This document shows, piece by piece, positions 57,233-64,000 of a stretch of 64,000 nt of DNA. The number at the start of each line of letters is the position of its first letter. Within the stretch, counting starts at the first letter, position 1. The stretch comes from an uncultured Gammaproteobacteria bacterium (GTDB lineage: Bacteria > Pseudomonadota > Gammaproteobacteria > Steroidobacterales > Steroidobacteraceae). Both the position numbers and the translations under genes were made by a program. The stretch covers positions 1,173,479 through 1,237,478 of the forward strand of contig CAVPDW010000003.1 in NCBI GenBank assembly GCA_963702735.1, written 5' to 3'. Below the pieces are notes generated by a model. The model ran no database searches. It saw only the letters and a list, made by a program, of their open reading frames with translations, and was not told the DNA's origin.

Positions 57233-58261
57233 TTAGTTGACCGCTCCGCAGGATTGGCGCACGGCCAGACGGGCGGGGAATACCGTCCCTGCGGCCGGCT
57301 CACCCGCGATCAGCCTGAGCAGGGTATCGACCAAGGCTTCTCCTGCGCGGCGTGTGTCCTGCGCCACCGTGGTCAGAGGCGGATTCGCGAGACTCGCCGC
57401 CGGTATGTCGTCGAACCCGATGACCGCGACCTCGGCCGGAATGCCGATTCCCTGATCGCGCAACGCATGCATGGCGCCGAGGGCGATCAGGTCGGATGCG
57501 GCAAAAATCGCATCGAAAGGCAGCTTGCGGTCCAGCAGCTCGCGCGCAGCCCGATATCCGGATTCCTCGGTGGTAATCGCATCGACGCGCAACTCCGGTT
57601 GCGCCCGCCCGCCCGATTGCTCGATTGCCGCTGTGTAGCCGCGGTAGCGCTCGAGAAATTCGGGATAGTGGTTCGAGGCGTGGCCGAGAAAAGCCAGGCG
57701 GCGGCGACCGTGGTCGAGCAGATGTTTTGCGGCATCAAACCCGCCCCGGAAATTGTCGCAGCCGATGGAGATGCCGGGTTGTCCTTCCAGCACGGCCCCC
57801 CAGCGCACGAAGTGTGTGCCCTGTGCGACCAGCTGTTCCAAGCGAGAGCGATATTCGACGTAGTCTCCGTAGCCCAAGAGGATGATGCCGTCGGCTTTCT
57901 TGCTGTCCTCATAGGTGACGTGCCAGTTGCCCGACAACTCCTGGAAGGAAATGAGCAGGTCGTAGCCGCGCTGCGCGCAGGCTCGCGTGATGGAACCGAG
58001 CATGGCGAGAAAAAAAGGATTGATCAGCGAATCATCGGGGGTCGGATCTTCGAAGAACAGGAGTGCGATGGTGTTGGAGTGCTGGGTGCGCAGATTGGAG
58101 GCGTTCTTGTCGACCGTGTAATTGAGCTTGTGCGCAATCTGCTCAATGCGTTTGCGCGTCTCTTCATTGACGGTGGGGCTGCCCCGCAATGCGCGCGATA
58201 CCGTCGATTGCGACACCCCCGCGAGGTAGGCGATGTCGATGGAAGTGGCCTTGCCGGACAT
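57233..58261 (-). CDS. LacI-family transcriptional regulator
   Basis: HTH (TSIDIAYLAGVSQSTVSRALRG) plus a periplasmic-binding-protein-like sugar domain. ATG at 58261 preferred over the track's TTG at 58267. The stop abuts the MFS gene stop (convergent). Confidence 0.92.
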   Translation of the reverse strand: MSGKATSIDIAYLAGVSQSTVSRALRGSPTVNEETRKRIEQIAHKLNYTVDKNASNLRTQHSNTIALLFFEDPTPDDSLINPFFLAMLGSITRACAQRGYDLLISFQELSGNWHVTYEDSKKADGIILLGYGDYVEYRSRLEQLVAQGTHFVRWGAVLEGQPGISIGCDNFRGGFDAAKHLLDHGRRRLAFLGHASNHYPEFLERYRGYTAAIEQSGGRAQPELRVDAITTEESGYRAARELLDRKLPFDAIFAASDLIALGAMHALRDQGIGIPAEVAVIGFDDIPAASLANPPLTTVAQDTRRAGEALVDTLLRLIAGEPAAGTVFPARLAVRQSCGAVN

Positions 58262-58305
58262 GCGCAATTATGTCCCGAGACGCCGCGGGCTGCCAGGTCT
58301 CGCCA

Positions 58306-58437
58306 AGTCAATCCGCCGGCATTGGCGACAGCGATGGACAGGGCAGCGGCACTGGCGCCTGCCATGGGTGCGGGCAGAATCGGAACGCGAAGGCCAAATG
58401 GGCCGCAAAACGCAGCACTACGATCGCGAACGCTCAT
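58306..58437 (-). pseudogene. N-terminal remnant of a nitronate monooxygenase (NMO/2-nitropropane dioxygenase) gene
   Basis: From the ATG at 58437 the frame reads MSVRDRSAAFCGPFGLRVPILPAPMAGASAAALSIAVANAGGL. This matches the NMO N-terminus (PIxxAPMAG...LAxAVSNAGGLG). Similarity ends after about 43 codons and the frame runs into the lacI leader. Confidence 0.5.
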
Positions 58438-58843
58438 GGCGCACTCCCAAGCCTGCTTCGCTTGGACGTCAAGCGCAGTGGGGCGTTTTAATCGTTCATT
58501 GCCGGGGACAGCCCCTGCTGCTGATCACGGCATGAACGGTTTGATTATAATGTCAGCCCAGCTGTGCAAGTCGCGCGGCATCGGAGTCGCATGAGTGCTG
58601 ATTGGTGTCGTCAATCGGGGCGCGCGACGAAGCCGACGCCTGCCGGCGTAATTGCGCTATCTCGGCGCGCACAATAAGCAGTCGTGCCGCACGATAATAA
58701 TCGAGGTCGATGTGTTGCAAAAAGTCCTCCATGACGCAATAACGCTGCCAAATGCTGCGGCGCGTAGTCTGTCTGCTAGCGCACATTGGATATGGGTCAA
58801 TGTGAGCGCCCGAGAACAAACGGCGACCGCCACGTGGCACGCG

Positions 58844-59425
58844 ATGCTACCCCTGGAAGCCGCCATGTTGCTTGCGTCTGTGCCCACGCCATGGTGGGTC
58901 GCGGGAGGGTGGGCATTGGATCTTTTTGTCGGTGGGCAGACTCGCGGGCATGGAGACCTCGACATCGGCTTGCTCCGCCGCGACGTGCGACAGCTCACGA
59001 GTACCTTGTCCTCGTGGGAGTTCTTCGAGGCCAAAAACGGCCTCCTCTCGCGGCTCGAGGCGGGCCGCGAGCCAAATCCCGGTGTGAACTCTTTGTGGTG
59101 CCGCGCCGTCGGTGCGATGTCATGGACGATGCAGGTGCTGTTGGATGCGTCCGATCATGAATTCTGGGTGTTTCGACGGCAAGCTCAGATTCGGCGGCCG
59201 CTCGCCGAAGTCATTCGGCGAAATCCGCAATCCATCCCGTACCTCGCTCCTGAAGTACAGCTATTGTACAAGGCGCGGTCGATGCGCCCGCGAGACCGGG
59301 CCGACTTCGGTTGTGTCGCACCCCGGCTTGATTGCGCCGCGCGCACATGGTTGCGACGGTCTCTATCGACAGTGGATCCGGAGCACGAGTGGATATCGGC
59401 GCTCGAGGGGCCTTCTCGCCCCTAG
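58844..59425 (+). CDS. Nucleotidyltransferase-fold protein, ANT(2'')-like (Aminoglyc_resit family-like)
   Basis: About 193 aa. PWWVAGGWALDLFVGGQTRGHGDLDI parallels the LPLWIGGGWAIDARLGRVTRKHDDIDL motif of 2''-aminoglycoside nucleotidyltransferase. Alternative GTG start at 58802. Confidence 0.6.
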   Translation: MLPLEAAMLLASVPTPWWVAGGWALDLFVGGQTRGHGDLDIGLLRRDVRQLTSTLSSWEFFEAKNGLLSRLEAGREPNPGVNSLWCRAVGAMSWTMQVLLDASDHEFWVFRRQAQIRRPLAEVIRRNPQSIPYLAPEVQLLYKARSMRPRDRADFGCVAPRLDCAARTWLRRSLSTVDPEHEWISALEGPSRP

Positions 59426-60306
59426 GCTTGGACCGCCGCCGCCGCGCCCGCGCGCCTCAGGCGGAATTCGTAGTTGACCGTATAAAACGGTGTTTCCACG
59501 CGCTCTCCGCCGGGACCTGCTCCCGGAGGGTGCCGGTCGAATTGCGCCACGAGCGACTCCTTCATCCCGAACACGGCGTCGGAATCGAGGTAATCGCTCC
59601 CCGCGACGAACAGGTGGGTGGTTACCGGCAGGTGTCCGTGCGCAGAGACGATCATGTGTATATGGCCGGGGCGAAACGGATGGCGCCCCATCTTGCGCAG
59701 CATGCGTCCAACAGGCCCGTCGGTCGGGACCGGATAGAACGTCGGCCTGATGGAGCGGAACCAGTAACGCCCTTCGGCGTCGGTTCGTATCCTGCCGCGC
59801 GCCTTCATGGCCGTTTCCCCTGGAATCTGCATGTCGTAGTTGCCCTCGCCGTCGCCCGACCAGATGTCGAGCAGGGCATTCTCGATCGGGCGGCCATCTT
59901 CGCTGAGAACCCGTCCGGAATAAAATGCCGGTTCGCCCTTCACCCCTTCGGCAAGATTGCTGCCGCGTGGCAGATCGGGAGCGCCCTCCCAGTAGAAGGG
60001 GCCCAGGACCGTCGATTCGGCGCTGCCGTTGTCCGCGGGATGATTGAGAGTGATGACGAGCACCGACACGCCCAGAGTGTCCGACAGAAGAATGAACTCC
60101 TGGCGCTTGTCCGTGCAGGTGCGGCCCACGTCGGTGAGAAACTGAATGGCCGTGAGCCATTCGGACTCGGTCAGCCTCACCTCCCGGACGAAGTCGTGCA
60201 GGTGCGTGATCAGCGAGGTCATGATGCGCTTGAATCGCGGATCGTCGCTGTCGGAGAGGCGCCCGATGACCGCCGCAGTGATGCTCTTTTCATCGAACTC
60301 GCGCAT
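59422..60306 (-). CDS. Intradiol ring-cleavage dioxygenase (hydroxyquinol/catechol 1,2-dioxygenase)
   Basis: 294 aa. N-terminal helical domain (RFKRIMTSLITHLHDFVREVRLTESEW). Catalytic core (GPFYWEGAP, YDMQ, YWFRSIRPTFYPVPTDGPVG, RPGHIHM). Confidence 0.9.
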   Translation of the reverse strand: MREFDEKSITAAVIGRLSDSDDPRFKRIMTSLITHLHDFVREVRLTESEWLTAIQFLTDVGRTCTDKRQEFILLSDTLGVSVLVITLNHPADNGSAESTVLGPFYWEGAPDLPRGSNLAEGVKGEPAFYSGRVLSEDGRPIENALLDIWSGDGEGNYDMQIPGETAMKARGRIRTDAEGRYWFRSIRPTFYPVPTDGPVGRMLRKMGRHPFRPGHIHMIVSAHGHLPVTTHLFVAGSDYLDSDAVFGMKESLVAQFDRHPPGAGPGGERVETPFYTVNYEFRLRRAGAAAAVQA

Positions 60307-60312
60307 GGTCCG

Positions 60313-60849
60313 TCAGCGGTACGTATTGTTCGATGTGTGATTCCCTGCCAGCCAGCGCTTGAGTTCCTGATGCGCATCGCGGCGCCGGTCGCCTGAAATC
60401 TTGTCCGCCTCGGGATGATCGAGCGTGAACTCGAGGACCAGCCCGTTGGGGTCAGCGACGTACACGGAGCGGCAATAGCCGTGTTCCAGCACATAGGTGT
60501 CCGGCGGCTTGATGCCCGCGGCGGCGATGCGCTTCTCGAGGGCCGCCTGCGCCTCCGCGGTCACCGCCAGCGCAATGTGGTGAAACGGCGATGCCGGCAT
60601 CTTTGGCCCGAATTCCTCCTGGTCCGAGGGGTTTTCGAACTGAAAGAAGGCGAGGGCGCCCCCGTCGGCCATGGCATAGAACGTGTGACAATAGGTGCGC
60701 ATCTTGCCGAACAGCTCATCCGACTCGCACCAGGTCGCGACCAGGGGCATGCCGATGACGTCCTCGTAGAACTTGCGCGTCTTCTCCTGATCGCGCGTGA
60801 CATACGCATTGTGATGCAGCCTGAGCGGTAGATCTTGTGACTTAGGCAT
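60313..60849 (-). CDS. VOC (glyoxalase/bleomycin-resistance/extradiol dioxygenase) family protein
   Basis: 178 aa from MPKSQDLPLRLHHNAYVTRD. FHHIALAV and LEFT motifs. The track's 316-aa form is an upstream extension. Confidence 0.8.
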   Translation of the reverse strand: MPKSQDLPLRLHHNAYVTRDQEKTRKFYEDVIGMPLVATWCESDELFGKMRTYCHTFYAMADGGALAFFQFENPSDQEEFGPKMPASPFHHIALAVTAEAQAALEKRIAAAGIKPPDTYVLEHGYCRSVYVADPNGLVLEFTLDHPEADKISGDRRRDAHQELKRWLAGNHTSNNTYR

Positions 60850-60866
60850 GGCGCGTCTCCCCAGCG

Positions 60867-63128
60867 TCAAAATTTGAAAGTGAAATCCACACCGTAGCGG
60901 CGCGGCGGGGCTCTCCAAAGGAAGCCGCCCGCGGAGAACTCGGCATTGTAGATCTTGTTGGTCAGATTCTTCGACCAGGCGGTCACCGACCAGCGGTCGG
61001 CCTCCAGGCCGGTGCGCAAATTCACCAGGTTCACCGGATCGCGCGAGGTCACGTTGTACGGGTCCCACCAGGTGCGGCCGATTTCCTGATAGTCCAGGCG
61101 CAGCACTCCGTTCAATCCATCGCCCACCGGCTGGTGGACCTGGAAGCCGGCGTTGACGGTGTTCTTGGTCAGCAGCGGCGGCTTGTTGCCGATGACGGTG
61201 GGATCCTCCATGCCGGTGATCCTGCCGTCCGTGTAACCGAAGTTCGCGTATAGGTCGAGCCACTCGCTCGCTTTCGCAGTCAGCTCGAGCTCGGCGCCCT
61301 TGTAGGTGGCGTCGAGATTGCCGAGATTCTGCGTCGAGGTCGTTTGGTCGTAGTAGAAGAAATACCCGTTGTGGGAGTCGGTGTGGTAGAGGGCCAGATT
61401 TGCACCCAGGCGCCGGTCGAGGAAGAGACTCTTGGCGCCCACTTCCCAGGTGTCAGCGATCTCGGCCTGGAACAGATCGTGCACGCCCAGGTGGCCCGAG
61501 GCGGCCGCCACCGCGCCGACACCGGTCTGGTTGAAGCCGCCGCTGCGAAACCCTCGGCTCCAGCCGCCGTAGAAAGTCAGGGTGTCGGTCGGCTTGTAGC
61601 GCAGCGTTCCCTTGGGCTGCGCCGCGTCGAACGTCGCATCGCGCACCAGGCCGTAGTAAGCCGCCGGACGCGTTACTGTGGGCAGGAAGGCATTCGGCGT
61701 ATCGGTGGTGTTCTGGCGCCTATCCTCGTCGTAGCGGATCGCCGCATCGAACTCCCACTGCTCGTTGAAATCGTAAGTCGCATCGCCGAACACCGCCCAG
61801 GCGTTGTTGCTCTGAGAGTCGGCGAGGAACGTGTTGCTGGTATTGGTCGCGACTGGATTGGCCGGATCGACGATCGGCGTGTAATAGACGGCGGGAATGC
61901 CATCTCCGCGGTCATAAAGGTTGCCGGTGGAAATGAAGCGGTCCGTGTGGACGAAGTACGCTCCCGCGATCCACGAGAAGCCGCCGATCTTGTTGGCGGT
62001 GAAGCGCAGTTCCTGGCTGTAGGTCTTCTCGTCGATGAACTGGCTCTGGCTCAAATCGTACGGGCCGCCCAGGGCAGCCGGGACCGTGAAAAAGACTGTG
62101 CTGACGAAATAATCGAGAGAAGTCTTGACCGGCCGGAAATCGTAGGCGTCGCCGGTATCGATCTCCTTGGTCTGGTTGTAGTCCGACACTGAGCTGAAGG
62201 TCCCGTATTCGATGTTGTAATCGAGCTTGAGCGCGATATCCGTAATGTCGCGAATATCCGAGCCCAGGTTGTTGGTCTGAATCGGGCTGGTGATGTCGTT
62301 GGCGTTCAGTGGCGGGGTGAAAGTGCCGCCGTCGGTGGGGTCCGACTCCTTGTAACGCGGAATGATGTAGTAGTAGGCGGTAGTATCGACCCTATCGCGA
62401 TAGGCCCGCAGGTCCGCGCTGAATTGATCGGTGGGCTTCCATAGCAGCCGCAGCCGCCCGGAGTAATCCTTATAGGGGTCGGCCTTGCGGTCGAGATAGG
62501 TGTTCTCCAGATAACCGTCGGTGTTGTAGAAATTGAGCGATGCGCGGTACTTGAGCGTTCCGGCCGAATCGATCGGGCCGCTCACGGCCAACTGCGCCTT
62601 TTCGGACACCCCGTTGCCCACGCCGACCTTGCCTTCGCCTTCAAAATGATCGGCAGGGTCGGCGGTATGAATGATGATGGCGCCGCCGATGGCGTTGCGG
62701 CCATAGAGGGCGCCCTGCGGTCCCTTGAGGACCTCGATCTGCTTGATGTCGAACAGCTCCTGGTCGAACTCGTAAGGATTGGGCTCCAGCACGCCGTCGA
62801 CGAGCACGGCGACCGAAGGCTCGCTGTTGCGCGCCTGCGAGATGCCGCGGACCGTGATGAAGGAGTTGCCGACGTTCTGCACCTCGACAATGGTCATGTT
62901 CGGGACCATGGCGACGAAGTCGCGGGGAGATTCGATTCCCGCCGACTTGATCGTTTGCTCGGTGAAGGCATCGATGGTCACCGGCACGCTTTGGAGAGTC
63001 TCATCGCGCTTACGCGCCGTGACCACGATCTCCGTGAGTTCGCTGTTCTGGGCGGGTGCGGGCGCCGCGATGATCGCCGCGATCACCGCCGTCGCCGCAG
63101 TCAGCCATCCACCTTTCGAAGTACGCAT
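60867..63128 (-). CDS. TonB-dependent outer-membrane receptor
   Basis: 753 aa. Signal peptide, plug (EIVVTARKRDETLQSVP, ITVRGI, IEVLKGPQGALYGRNAIGGAI), and a terminal aromatic (GVDFTFKF). Confidence 0.92.
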   Translation of the reverse strand: MRTSKGGWLTAATAVIAAIIAAPAPAQNSELTEIVVTARKRDETLQSVPVTIDAFTEQTIKSAGIESPRDFVAMVPNMTIVEVQNVGNSFITVRGISQARNSEPSVAVLVDGVLEPNPYEFDQELFDIKQIEVLKGPQGALYGRNAIGGAIIIHTADPADHFEGEGKVGVGNGVSEKAQLAVSGPIDSAGTLKYRASLNFYNTDGYLENTYLDRKADPYKDYSGRLRLLWKPTDQFSADLRAYRDRVDTTAYYYIIPRYKESDPTDGGTFTPPLNANDITSPIQTNNLGSDIRDITDIALKLDYNIEYGTFSSVSDYNQTKEIDTGDAYDFRPVKTSLDYFVSTVFFTVPAALGGPYDLSQSQFIDEKTYSQELRFTANKIGGFSWIAGAYFVHTDRFISTGNLYDRGDGIPAVYYTPIVDPANPVATNTSNTFLADSQSNNAWAVFGDATYDFNEQWEFDAAIRYDEDRRQNTTDTPNAFLPTVTRPAAYYGLVRDATFDAAQPKGTLRYKPTDTLTFYGGWSRGFRSGGFNQTGVGAVAAASGHLGVHDLFQAEIADTWEVGAKSLFLDRRLGANLALYHTDSHNGYFFYYDQTTSTQNLGNLDATYKGAELELTAKASEWLDLYANFGYTDGRITGMEDPTVIGNKPPLLTKNTVNAGFQVHQPVGDGLNGVLRLDYQEIGRTWWDPYNVTSRDPVNLVNLRTGLEADRWSVTAWSKNLTNKIYNAEFSAGGFLWRAPPRRYGVDFTFKF

Positions 63129-63161
63129 ATGATTTTACTCCCCGTTTCCATACTTATTGCT

Positions 63162-64000
63162 CTAGGTGTCCACCGGTTCGTCCCGCTGCGCGCAACTGGC
63201 CGGCCATTGCTCGCCCCGTGCGATTGCGGCGCGTATCGAGTCTCCGTGCTCGTTCAATAGCGGCGCCGCGCGCACGGAATTTTCGCGAACGCCCCCGAAT
63301 TGAACCGGCGGCCGCACCGCTCGATTGCCGCCGTGCGCGCCCGCCACCGGAACGATGAGTCCCAGGTGCTCGACCTGCGGATCATGGGTCACCTCGTCGA
63401 TGGTGTTGATGGGCGCGTACGGTACGTCGTGCCGCCCCAGCCGTTCGACCCAATGCGCGAGGGCGTGCCGCGAGAATCTCCGATCGAGTTCGCCGTTCAA
63501 TGACTTCATAGTGGGTGATGCGCGACTGACGCGTGCTGAATCGCGCATCGGACCCGAGTTCCGGCGCTTCCAGCGCGCTCAGCAGCCCTTCCCAGAATTT
63601 GTCGAGTGAGGAGAGGTGGATGGCGATGAGGCGACCGTCGGCGGTGTGCAGAATGTAGGCTTGCGCGAGCCGTGGGCGGTCGCTCGATGTGGGCGTCGTG
63701 CCGAGCGCGAAGAATGCGGCAAAAGGCTCGAGCGCAAAATGCGCCATCGCCTCGAGCATCGACACTTCGACGAGACTGCCCTGACCGGTCCGGCCGCGCT
63801 GCACCAGCGCGCCGAGCACGCCGTAAGCGGCATAAATTCCGGTGATCGCGTCGGCAAGCGCAGGACCGAGGAAGCGGGGGCGGCTCGAATCGACGACAAC
63901 GCTCAAGAATCCGCTCAACGCCTGTGCGACCGAGTCGTAGCTTGGCCGTTCCGTGTACGGACCGCTCGAGCCGAAACCGCTGATGGACGTGTAAATCAGC
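63162..64000 (-). pseudogene. Family III CoA-transferase (CaiB/BaiF) gene, apparently frameshifted; 5' end beyond the window
   Basis: Frame A (64000 to about 63500) reads LIYTSISGFGSSGPYTERPSYDSVAQALSGF...DARFSTRQSRITHYE. The family continuation (SLNGELDRRFSRHALAHWVERLGRHDVPYAPINTIDEVTHDPQVEHLG...APLLNEHGDSI) lies in the +1 frame, which ends at 63162. The switch is near 63496-63513. Confidence 0.6.

Noticed and set aside
58553-58840. 95-aa minus-strand ORF (internal MEDFLQHIDLDYYRAARLLIVRAEIAQLRRQ...) in the low-G+C patch upstream of the NTase gene.
   Set aside because: No recognisable family. Codon usage is atypical for the window. It overlaps the NTase 5' region and has no clear RBS. It might be a real small acquired gene, but I cannot support that from sequence alone.

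Overview
High-G+C, proteobacterial-style chromosomal segment with about 60 genes, tightly packed and often joined by ATGA/GTGA start-stop overlaps. I saw no rRNA, tRNA, CRISPR array, transposase or integrase.

Modules from left to right:
1. Isp-type (group 1e-like) [NiFe]-hydrogenase operon on the minus strand: protease, HupH/HyaF-like, hynS, isp1, isp2, hynL. hynL is partial at the left edge.
2. Divergent maturation operon hypA-B-C-D-X-F-E.
3. A small c-type cytochrome.
4. cydP-cydA-cydB-cydX (cytochrome bd), bracketed by three paralogous Crp/Fnr regulators.
5. A tandem-Usp protein.
6. An unusual two-gene operon: a PPDK-like enzyme that ends after the phospho-His swivel domain, plus a 650-aa protein ending in a DUF47/PhoU_div-like domain.
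7. A DUF2341-LamG-ExbB fusion, ExbD and a TonB-like protein, followed 45 nt later on the same strand by a complete nine-gene V/A-type ATPase operon.
8. A HoxN-type Ni/Co permease with a NikR-operator-like inverted repeat in its promoter.
9. Assorted accessory genes: short MscS-like channel, secreted HExxH protein, di-iron protein, wHTH regulator plus beta-propeller, DUF899, DUF2182, nitrobindin-like protein, TPP enzyme, FAD monooxygenase.
10. A TonB-dependent maltodextrin/starch utilisation locus: TBDR, two GH13 enzymes, a GH15-like enzyme, MFS transporter, LacI.
11. An aromatic-catabolism fragment: intradiol dioxygenase, VOC protein, TBDR, and a frameshifted CoA-transferase.

Two short gene remnants (TrxR-like, nitronate-monooxygenase-like) and the frameshift point to past rearrangement. 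The best candidates for undescribed biology are the PPDK-like/DUF47 pair and the ExbBD-TonB to V-ATPase linkage. Both sit inside what reads as a low-oxygen energy-conservation island.

All calls rest on motif recognition by eye. No database search was run.
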